A stretch of DNA of 63,882 nt from Folioceros fuciformis (taxonomy: Eukaryota): the NCBI GenBank assembly GCA_049999805.1, contig JBNGIO010006035.1:67587-131468 (forward strand), read 5' to 3'. This document shows, piece by piece, positions 38,370 to 48,395 of the stretch; the stretch's first letter is position 1, and the number at the start of each line of letters is the position of its first letter. The translations under genes were made by a program, and so were the position numbers. The notes below the pieces were generated by a model. The model was not told the origin of the DNA. It saw nothing but the letters and a program-made list of their open reading frames with translations, and searched no databases.

Positions 38370-40655
38370 TTAATGCCGATCCCCACATGAGCATGAGCCA
38401 TCCACAAAACGGTGTACTCGATGGGCATCTCTGACAACAATCTCCCGCTTCTCAAGATGCGACATAATCTTGGTGCTGCTGTGGCAATCATTACACATTC
38501 GAAGGTTCTTTGTAACTATCAAAGTTGTGCCATCTGGGGTGTTCATCAAACCATAGGCCAAGGCCAGCTTTTCCGCATGTCCACACAACGAATCCTCCTT
38601 CTCCTGCTCAGACACTGCCTTCAAAACCAACTGTGTGTGGGGCACATGGCCTCCCTCCTCCTTCAGCCTGGTATTCACACTCTTCAGCTTGCCGTAAATG
38701 TCGGACCTGTCTTCTCCTACCGTGAACTCATGCACCTCATTCTTCACTTCAATGCATGCTTTTGCTGGCTTCTTCATAGCCCCTGCTGACTTTCTCAATT
38801 TTTCTAGTCTGTCTACATCGCCCCACAGCCCCGCGTTCGCATAGATGTTCCCCAAAAGCACGTAAGAGCTTGCACTCTCAGGTTCCAGCTCCACAAGACG
38901 GTCAAAGCACCGTCTGCCACGCTCTAAATCACCATAGTTTTTGCAAGCACTGAGCAAAGCCTTCCAACCAACAGGATTCTTCTCAAATGATGGCGTTCGC
39001 ATCAAGTTTTCGGCCTCATCCAGACAGCCAGATCGTCCAAGAAGATCAACCATGCAGCTGTAGTGATACGCAGTGGGAACAATACCGTACTCGTCAGCCA
39101 TCACTCCGAAATAGCGCTGGCCCTCTTGCACCAGGCCTGCATGACTGCATGCCACAAGCAGAGAAATGAAAGTTGTCTCATCAGGCTGGACACCTTGCCG
39201 AATCATGTCATCAAAACATTGCATGGCCAGGTCGCCATCCCCGTGCTCAGCGTAGCCATTGAGCAAAGCATTCCATGTCACGACGTCTCGTGTGGATAGC
39301 CTCTTCAGAACACTCCGAGCCTCATCCAGGCTTCCACATTTTGCATACATGTCCACGAGAGCGCTCCCGAGGAGAACGTCATCTTCCAACCCCCTTTTCT
39401 CAATCTGCGCATGAAGCTGCTTACCCTGCTGCAGAGCTCCAACCCTGGCACATGCTTGTAAAAGGCACGCCAAGGAAACCTTATCCGCAACAATTATACC
39501 GTCCTCTTGCATTTTGGCAAAGAGAGCCATGGCCTCCCGACCACGCTCTTGCTGCGTGTATCCTGCGATCATGGTAGTCCATGTCACCACATCCCTTGTG
39601 GCCAACCTGTCAAACACCTCCCGAGCTTCGTCCAAGCTGCCACATTTGGCATACATATTCACGAGGCTGGACCCAACAAATATATCCGCCGTCAGGTCAC
39701 TCTTCACAATATCCTGATGCACCTGCCTGCCTGCAGCTAGATCCACTGCAGAGGCACACGCCTTCAAGACTGCCACAAATATGCGGTTATCCGCCTTCAC
39801 ATTGGTGTCCCGCATTTCCTGATACAACTTCACGGCCTCCACCGGCTGTCCATGGTTAACCCGTGCGAAGACCATCGTGGCCCACATATACACATCAGGG
39901 GAGGGCAACTTATGGAACACCTGTGCTGCCTCCTCCAGCTCTCCATGATACGCATACATGCCAATGATGTGATTAGCCACAAAAGGGTGCAAGTCATACC
40001 CACTTCCCACAGCAAGAGCATGAACACGCCTACCGAACAGCAGCCCCTCTTCTGCCATGCACCTCTTCAGAACAGGATAGAAGAGAGACTGACAAATGGG
40101 AAATCCTCTCTGCAACAGCAACTCCAAGGCCCCAACAGCCTCCCCCAAATCTCCCTCCTCACAAGTTCGCCTCAACATTCTAAGCATCGAATCCCCTGAC
40201 CCATCCTCAGTCCCTGCATAATGCCCCTCCAACCCAGCATCCCACCGGGCCAGCTCATCATCCACCCACCCAGGCTTCTTTGGACTGTTCAGCCACAGGG
40301 GCTCCTTGGTGGCTTTGTGCCTGAAGTCAGGATGCCGGGGACTTCTCTTGTCAGGCCGGTTGTCCCACCATTTTGTAGGATCAAGGAAGAAATCTTCCCA
40401 TAAGAGCTCCTGCCGCTCCTCCTTCCTTGAAATTTTTCCACTGCTCCCTGCAGCAGGAGCTTGGGAGAACTGCGCCAGAGCGCCCAGCTTGAAGCCACCA
40501 CACACTCCATAACCACCATCCCCGGATACTAAATGCTGAAGAGGCCACAGCAAACCGTGCGGCAACCCTTGCTGCTTCAGCACCCAAATGCGGACCTCCG
40601 AGAGCCTCGAATTCCGTGGCCGTTGTTGCAATGGCAGCTCCAGCGACATCGCCAT
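38370..40655 (-). CDS. PDF-motif + PLS-PPR + E1/E2 + DYW:KP (KPAxA/DRH) protein; candidate U-to-C editing factor
   Basis: The C-terminus reads KKPAKACIEV...HAEKLALAYGL...KNLRMCNDCH...RDAHRVHRFVDGSCSCGDRH*. The N-terminal region has WEDFFLDPTKWWDNRPDKRSPRHPDFRHKATKEPLWL. The gene is intronless. Confidence 0.93.
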   Translation of the reverse strand: MAMSLELPLQQRPRNSRLSEVRIWVLKQQGLPHGLLWPLQHLVSGDGGYGVCGGFKLGALAQFSQAPAAGSSGKISRKEERQELLWEDFFLDPTKWWDNRPDKRSPRHPDFRHKATKEPLWLNSPKKPGWVDDELARWDAGLEGHYAGTEDGSGDSMLRMLRRTCEEGDLGEAVGALELLLQRGFPICQSLFYPVLKRCMAEEGLLFGRRVHALAVGSGYDLHPFVANHIIGMYAYHGELEEAAQVFHKLPSPDVYMWATMVFARVNHGQPVEAVKLYQEMRDTNVKADNRIFVAVLKACASAVDLAAGRQVHQDIVKSDLTADIFVGSSLVNMYAKCGSLDEAREVFDRLATRDVVTWTTMIAGYTQQERGREAMALFAKMQEDGIIVADKVSLACLLQACARVGALQQGKQLHAQIEKRGLEDDVLLGSALVDMYAKCGSLDEARSVLKRLSTRDVVTWNALLNGYAEHGDGDLAMQCFDDMIRQGVQPDETTFISLLVACSHAGLVQEGQRYFGVMADEYGIVPTAYHYSCMVDLLGRSGCLDEAENLMRTPSFEKNPVGWKALLSACKNYGDLERGRRCFDRLVELEPESASSYVLLGNIYANAGLWGDVDRLEKLRKSAGAMKKPAKACIEVKNEVHEFTVGEDRSDIYGKLKSVNTRLKEEGGHVPHTQLVLKAVSEQEKEDSLCGHAEKLALAYGLMNTPDGTTLIVTKNLRMCNDCHSSTKIMSHLEKREIVVRDAHRVHRFVDGSCSCGDRH

Positions 40656-41395
40656 GGCAATTTCGGAGGCGCACGCACCCAGCTTTGAGTATACTATCAT
40701 CCCCCTTATCTATCATGGTTTTTGTTTTGGTAGGTACTTTCAAATTTGTCCATTTTAATATCTTCAACAAATGCTACAGAGTAATGGTACAAGTAAAATA
40801 AAGTGAAAGTTAAAAGTAAAAAGGTGAAAGCTAAATCTACAGCCTTCTTATGAGAAGCAAATATGCTTCTTGCTGCCTTTGGAAACAAGATGTGTGTTCC
40901 AGGCAAAACCTCTTAAGAAGGATGGAGTTGTAATGACCACTAGTATTCTCAGATGAGTGGTGTGTATCAATCCCAACTTTAGCAGTGGCTTAATTGTGGA
41001 GTATAAATAGGCCAGTGTTAGGTTTTTAAGGATATACTTTGATACTGTGATATACTGATACACAGAGAGACAAAGAGAGAGAGGCAAACAGTGAGAAGTC
41101 TAGCCTTGAGGCATAGCTGTGGAGGGCTTGAAGAGCAAGCTTGTCAGATTGAGTCTAGAGCAGTAGTCAGTGGGGCATAGATTGCCAGACTCTTTTGTAA
41201 GTATCTGGAACAAAGAGCAGCACCTAGAGGAGGTGGTCTGCGAGTCGTCAGTGGACGGCAAGCTACTTGGAGCCTAGTGCTGAGTCGTGAAAGAGGGAGT
41301 GTGTGATTTGTAAGTGGAGCGCAGTGGAGTGAATAGACGAGATTCGAGGCCGTTGCTTCTTTTTACGCTGCGTAAGGAAGGGGGCGTTACCTAGT

Positions 41396-41407
41396 TGGTA
41401 TCAGAGC
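41396..41407 (+). promoter_or_regulatory. Primer-binding site for tRNA-iMet
   Basis: TGGTATCAGAGC lies immediately after the 5' LTR. Confidence 0.9.
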
Positions 41408-42972
41408 ATAGTCTATTCCTCCAAGATGGCTAAGCGCCAGAGGATGCAGATACGAAAGGTTTCTCCTAATCCCCCGCCTCAACAACTTGAAGAGAATCAA
41501 GGCAAGGAGATGCTGCCTACCGACTCAGCAGGACCATCCAGAGACAAATCTGAAGATTGGAAGACGCAGATGACGGTCGCTTTACGACAAATTCTCCCCG
41601 AAGTATTGCCTGAAGTTCTCCAAGATTTGACAACATCTGGGAAAAAGGCAAGAAAGGATCCACAGCCTCTAGCTCTATAGAATGAGGAAGCGGAAGACAA
41701 TCAAGATCCTTTTCATATCTTCGAAGTAGTTCCGAGGGCAAATTTGAAGTTGGCCGTGCCAGATAAGTATGAGGGAGTAAGGGATCTACAAGCTATTGAT
41801 TCCTGGATTTACTCTATTGAAAGCTATCTTGCTTCATCTGGCCTGGAGCCTAAGCATTACTTAGGAACTGTGGGTAACTTTCTCAAAGGGTATGCTTTGG
41901 TGTGGTGGTGAAGTTATTGTGCTAATATAGCCCAGGGAAATCGAGCACACACCATCACTGACTGGGCATCTTTTAAAGAAGCCTTGAAGAAGCAGTTTCA
42001 ACCTGCGAATGCTTTGTGCTTGAGCCGGCAGCTGCTTGATAATATAAAGCAGACAGGTACTGTACAGGAATATGTAAGTGCCTTCAGTGAAGCTGTTATG
42101 CATTGTACTTCAATGAGTGAAGTTGACAAACTACATCACTTCATGGTTCGTTTGAAGGACTGGGCTGCTAACAAAATTGAGTTGTATAGTCCAATGAACT
42201 TGGCAGAGGCCATAACGGCAGCAAATGCTATCCCAGATACCTTTCATTCCAGCACATCCAACTCCTCAAGAAGATTTCGAGGTAATACCCGTGGACGGTA
42301 TATGCAGACTAGGGTTTTTTCCAACAATGTTGGCAAAGAGACTCCCGAGGATAATGAAAGAAGCACAGTTGCAAGAGGCAACTCCAGTGGGAGCTTCCGT
42401 GGGAGAAATCGAGGAGTGCGCAGGGGGGCGCGGAGCTCAAAGAACAGTGACAATGGGTTCTCGGAAAGGAGTTTGTTTGCTTATGGAGAGCCGGGACATT
42501 ATGCAAATGAATGCCCCAATACTCAACAAACTTTGAATGTTGTTCAAGACAACCCACAGCCCCAAAGACTCAGGATTACAGAAGTACCCGGATCTGAAAT
42601 CCCAAGTGACGGAATTGACCACATGTTGCACAGGCTACATGTGGTGAGTCTCAAGATGCTGAGGACAGCATTATTCACAGGGCAGGTGGAGAGCTCATGT
42701 ATATAGAAGGATGTGTGGATCGTTAAGAAGCGAAGATGTTGCTTGATCTAGCAGCAACACATAATTTCATTTCTCCTGGCAGAGTAAGTAAGCTTGGTTT
42801 GACATGGGCTAGTACTTCAGAGCCATGTACAGTGAAACAAGCAAAAGGAAAGCTGCAGTTCTTAGGACAGCTGCAAAAAGTCCCTTTGCAAATAGGCAAT
42901 TGGACAGGAGAAGCAAGCTTCACAATTGTAGATATGGATGATCATGAAATCATCTTGGGCTTAGAATGGATG

Positions 42973-43344
42973 TGTAGGAACACTAGAGGAGCATGGTGGA
43001 AGAGAGGAGAAGAGGAGGCAGAGAGGAGAGGAGAAAAAAAGGTCACATTGAGAGTGGTTGGCAAGGGAGCTCAAGGGGTATTTATACCCTCTAGAAGAGC
43101 TCCCTAGGAAGCTTCACAAGAAGCTCACAGGAAGCTGCGCAAGAAGCTTCCTACAGATTAGCTTAAGCTAATCTAAACTAATGATACTTAACTAGACACT
43201 AATCTTAGACTAAACACATTAGTCTAAGCACATTAAACTAGACACTAATCTTAGACTAAACACATTAGCCTAAGCCCATTAACTAGACACTAATCTTAGA
43301 CTAAACACATTAGCCTAAGCACATTGGGCTTTAATAACCCTACA
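42973..43344 (-). mobile_element. Nested 372-bp solo LTR of an unrelated family, inserted in the protease region
   Basis: Termini are TGTAGG...CCTACA, flanked by GGATG/AGATG. Excision restores ILGLEWM-KANK in frame. A TATAAATA box lies on the minus strand (~43079-43086), and there are internal ~45-bp tandem repeats. Confidence 0.85.
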
Positions 43345-46315
43345 AGATGAAGGCCAATAAGGTATGTGTAGACGTGAACTCACGCACCATACAGATCTTA
43401 GGAGATGAAAAGCACAAAGCGAGTTGTGCAATTCTTGAGTATCAGCTTGGGCACACGATTGATGAAGTCATCTCTAAGAAAGAGCTCAAACGTTGTGTTA
43501 AAAATGGAGAGGAACTCTATTTGTTGGTGTTGCAAGGACTAGAAGATGGTCTTGAGATGGAGTCTTAAAAGCAACCAAAGATTCCAAAGGAAATACAGGC
43601 TGTCTTGGATGAGTTTAAAGACTTAATGCCTACTGAGTTACCTCCTTTGCCTCAGAGGAGAGTTGTAGATCATGAAATTGATCTAAAGCCAGGAAGTGTA
43701 CCGCCATCAAGAACGCCATATAGATTGTTGCTAGATGAGGTTCAAGAGTTGAAGAGACAAATGTCTAACTTATTAGCCAAGGGCTATGTTAGAGTCTTAA
43801 AATCCCCATTTGGTGTGCCAGTATTGTTTACGCGAAAGAAGAATGGAGGATTAAGATTATGCTTGGATTACAGAGCACTCAACCAGATAACAGTCAAGAA
43901 TTCCTATCCTTTGCCAAGGATGGATGATATGTTTGACAGGTTGAAAGGTGCTAAGTATTTTACCATACTGGATTTGATGGCTGGTTATTACCAGATTCGC
44001 ATCGCAGAAGGACATGAATACAAAACTGCTTGTAGGACAAGGTATGGATCTTTTGAATTTCTAGTCATGCCATTTTGACTCACTAACGCACCAGCCACAT
44101 TTCAGACTCTCATGAATACTATATTCGGAGATCTATTGGATGAGTGTGTTGTGATCTACTTGGTTGACATTTTGATATTCAGTTCTACCTTAGAGGAGCA
44201 TGTCCAACACTTGAGGAAAGTGTTGGAAAGGTTAAGGGCAAATTCTTTGTTCTTAGCTATAACAAAGTGTGACTTTGTTAAGGAAGAAATAGACTTCCTT
44301 GGATTCATTGTCTCTACTGATGGAATCAGGATGGATCCTCATAAGGTAAAAGCCATACAAAGTTGGCTGCCGCCAAGCAATGTGCATGAAGTGCGTATGT
44401 TTATGGGATTGGCTAGCGTGTACAAAAGATTTGTATCGATGTTTGCCAAAATTGTTGCCCCATTAACTGATCTCTTGAAGAAGGCGAAGACTTGGAAGTG
44501 GGATGAGAAATGTCAAAGGGCATTCGAGTTTCTCAAGTTGAAGCTCAGCATTACCCCAGTATTAGCAATCTATGATCCAAAGAAAGATATAGAAGTGTAT
44601 ACTGATGTGTCAGATACAGCTATTTGAGGAGTGCTTATGCAAGAAAGTAGGCCAGTGGCTTACGAATCAAGAAAGTTGCATGAACATGAGAGGAAATACC
44701 CCACATATGAGAAAGAGATGACAACCGTCATCAATTGTCTCAAGATTTGGAGACACTATCTTCTTGGAAGATCTTTTATGCTGTACACAGATAATGTAAG
44801 TACAAGCTTTTTTTCTAATCAGCTGCGGCTAAATGCAAGACAAGCTAGATGGCAAGATTTCCTAGCAATGTATGATGATGTGGAGATTAAGTACAAGCTA
44901 GGGAAGGAAAATCTCGTGGCAGATGCTCTCAGTCGCAAGCAGGAGTTGAGTTTAATATCTGTTTTTAAGCTGAAGAATCCTAAGCTAGCTGCAACACAGA
45001 TAGTGATTGAGCCAAAGGACACTCACACGCAGATTAAGAAGGCTTATCTGTGCGATCCATTAGTGCAAGATTGGATCAATGAGATAAAGCAACCGGGGTC
45101 TAAGTTTAAGCTTACAAATGGCTTGTTAATGTTCAAGCAAAACAAGATTGTGATTCTTGATTCTCAAGAGTTGAGAAGAAAGTTGCTTGCAGAATGTCAC
45201 GATGTGCCAAGTGCTGGTCATCGGGGAATTGACACAACTTATGAAAAGTTGAAGAAGCTGTTTTACTGGCCTGGAATGTACAAACATACTGTAGAGTATG
45301 TGAAGTCTTGTGTAGACTGTCAGCAAGATAAGGTAGAGCAGACAAATCCACGAGGTTTGTTGCAACCCCTACCTATTTCAAGTGGACCTTAGAAGAGCAT
45401 ATCAATGGATTTTGTTATGCCATCATGACAGTTGTTGATAGGTTCAGCAAGCAAGGACACTTTATCCCCACGAAGAAGCAAGTGAAGGCTTTAGAAGTTG
45501 CTCAATTGTTTAAGAAGCATATCTATGTGTTACATGGATTGCCTATGCAAATTGTGAGTGATAGAGATCCCAGATTCACAACGAAAATTTGGCAACAGCT
45601 TATGAAGAGCTTGGGAGTGCAACTATGTTTAAGCACAGCATATCACCCTGATACACAGATGGATCTACAGAAAGAGTAAACAGAATCAAAGAGGAATACT
45701 TACGACACTATGTACAGATGGACCAGAGGAACTGGAGTAATCATCTTGAGGATGCAAAGTTTTGTTATAACAATATTGTACGTAGCTCCACAGGCTATAC
45801 ACCTTTTCAGATGACAGGTAACGAAGCAATGGACACAGTTTCCATGTTGAATGCTGGCGTGTTTGAGACAGCAGCAAGAGAACCACGTGAATTTATTGAG
45901 CAGTTGAGCGCCCGACATGAAATTGCTAAGAGGGTTTTGGCCAAAGCTCAAGACAGGCAAAAGAAGTTTGATGATAGGCACAGGAAAGAGGCAGAATTTC
46001 AAGTGGGTGACACGGTTTGGGTAAAGTTGAAGCACTTCCCACTACCTTAGGGATTGTCCCCAAAGTTAAGGCCCAAGTATGGAGGTCCTTTTTTAGTTCT
46101 GAAGCGCATTGGGAATGTGGCTTACAAACTACAACTGCCTAATTGGATCTTCTCTCATGATGTGTTTCATGTCTCTTTGCTGAAACCGTTTGTGATTTCG
46201 AAAGAGAATGAAGACATGAACAGATCCTATCTGGGTTTCACTTCAAGATGTGCAACAAGGATCATGGATGATTTCACGTTATACTGCAAGTCATTGAGGA
46301 CAATGACATCTTCCT

Positions 46316-46329
46316 AGTGGAAGAGAGAA
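46316..46329 (+). promoter_or_regulatory. Polypurine tract before the 3' LTR
   Basis: agtggaagagagaa directly precedes the sequence homologous to the 5' LTR start. Confidence 0.7.
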
Positions 46330-47851
46330 TTATGGTACAAGTGAAATAAGGTGAAAGTTAAAAGTAGAAAGGTGAAAGCTAAATCCAGAGCTGTCTTGAT
46401 GAAGAAGCAAATATGCTTCTTGCTGCCTTTGGAAATAAGATGTGTGTTCCAGGCAAAACCTCCTAAGAAGGATGGAGTTGTAATAACCACTAGTATTCTG
46501 AGATGAGTGGTCTGTATCAATCCCAGCTTTAGCAGTGGCTTAACTGTGGAGTATAAATAGGCCAGTGTTAGGTTCTTAAGGATATACTGTGATACTGTGA
46601 TATACTGATACATAGAGAGACAAAGAGAGAGAGGCAAACAGTGAGAGAGACAAAGAGAGGGATATACTGTGATACTGTGATATATTGATACACAGAGAGA
46701 CAAAGAGAGAGAGGCAAACAGTGAGAGAGACAAAGAGAGNNNNNNNNNNGAGACAAAGAGAGAGAGGCAAACAGTGAGAGAGACAAAGAGAGAGAGGCAA
46801 ACAGTGAGAAGTCTAACCTTGAGACATAGCTATGGAGGGCTTGAAGAGCAAGCTTGTCAGATTGAGTTTAGGGCAGTAGTCAGTGGGCATAAATCACCAG
46901 ACTCTTTTGTAAATATCTGGAATAAAGACTCTTTTGTAAGTATCTGGAATAAAGAGCAGCGAGTGGTCAGTGGACGGCGGGCTACTTGGAGCCTTAGTGC
47001 TGAGTCATGAGAGCTACTTGGAGTGGTCAGTGGACGGCGGGCTACTTGGAGCCTTAGTGCTGAGTCGTGAGAGAGCTACTTGGAGCCTTAGTGCTGAGTC
47101 CTGAGAGAGGGAGTGTGTGATTTGTAAGTTAGTGCTGAGTCCCGAGAGAGGGAGTGTGTGATTTGTAAGTGGAGAGCAGCGGAGTGAATGGACCAGATTC
47201 GAGGCCGTTGCTTCCTTTTGCTTCCTCTATATGTACTCGACCCTCTTGATTGCGACTTCAAATATCGAGAATGGAGTCCGCGACAGTGCGCTTTTCTGAT
47301 AAAGCATGTCCTCAACAATTTGCGAGGGACAGTCTCGCTTGAAAGTCTTTCGCACGGCTGTCGCGAGCCAAATCACAGCGTTCTCATGGATGTCATCTCT
47401 TCAGCCGATTCAGGCTAGGTCACAGCGTCCTCGTCAATTCATCTTTTTCAGATATCACGGTGTCCTCGTCAACGGCATCCTCCAGCTGAAGGCTAAATCA
47501 CAGCGTCCTGATGCATTCCTCTCCTATGCAAAACTCTGAGATGGACGCCACTCTCTGCCAGAATTCCTCTTCATAACCGTAGCCGTCACTAGGCTTTCTT
47601 GTTGAACGTTGCGAGCTCATCTCATGGCTGCAACTCACGGGCATTAACACTTTGTGCTGAACATCCTTCCTATCAAAATTTGTACAAACAGAAGCGATGG
47701 CTAGCCACAAAATCATGGCGTCCACCTCAGATCATCCTTCTCTAAAATCCAGCAGCACGTGCATTGTGTATGAAGGACGCCTCTCCACTGCACGTTTCCT
47801 TGCCTCCTGCAGGAATGGTGAGACATCTCGAAGGCAAAGATTGAGAACTCC

Positions 47852-48262
47852 TTATCCCTGCGTGTTGCGTGGCGGAGGGGGCACACCGAACTTGTGCTCG
47901 TGCAGCTTCTCGAAGGCAGGCCTTAAGGCCGTGATCACCTGCCCGTCCAGGTAGTGGTCGCAAGCGAAACACCAGACAGAAAGATCTCGGTAGCTGATGG
48001 CCACAGGATGGCCTTTCTCCTCAGAGTGACGAAGCATATGGCCGTTCATGTAGCGACCGCACAGGACTTCGAGGCAGCTCAAGCACAGCCAATTTTCTGA
48101 CGGGTCCTCGCACTGCTTGCACACAGAGTCCGGGCCAGGAATCGAAAAGGCGTCCGAAGCCACGTGATGAAGATGTGGGCACGTTGTGTAAGCTTCCACC
48201 CATCCTGTGGCGGACCCTTCGTAGTCGAGCTGCGTACTCGTCGAGCTTGAGCTCCCTGACAT
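47852..48262 (-). CDS. Stand-alone HDAC6-like ZnF-UBP (BUZ) ubiquitin-binding protein
   Basis: CPHL..C..C...ENWLCLSC..VLCGRY.NGHM..H....HPVAISY.DLSVWCFACDHYL. It is 136 aa, intronless, and has no catalytic domain. Confidence 0.88.
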   Translation of the reverse strand: MSGSSSSTSTQLDYEGSATGWVEAYTTCPHLHHVASDAFSIPGPDSVCKQCEDPSENWLCLSCLEVLCGRYMNGHMLRHSEEKGHPVAISYRDLSVWCFACDHYLDGQVITALRPAFEKLHEHKFGVPPPPRNTQG

Positions 48263-48395
48263 GTTTGCCTCCCGTTGAAATGCGTTTCCAGGTTAAACCT
48301 AGTGCATTTGCGCTTGCAGGTGAAGTATTTGTACGCCAATGTTGTGTCCTTCCGAGGAGGAGCTTCGTTTGCATTGATTCGTGACATAAGATCAG

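Larger units (their letters stand above)
40780..47220 (+). mobile_element. Degenerate Ty3/gypsy LTR retrotransposon
   Basis: Paired LTRs (~40780-41393 and ~46330-47220), a PBS and a PPT are present. Gag fragments precede PR (LLDLAATHNFI), RT ([16 protein letters not shown]), RNase H (YTDVSD) and integrase (H..H..C..C, IVSDRDPRF, GPF) in gypsy order, with many stops and frameshifts. Assembly Ns occupy 46740-46749. Confidence 0.93.

Noticed and set aside
46200-46317. Chromodomain after the integrase
   Set aside because: No chromodomain motif is visible between HVSLLKPF and the PPT.
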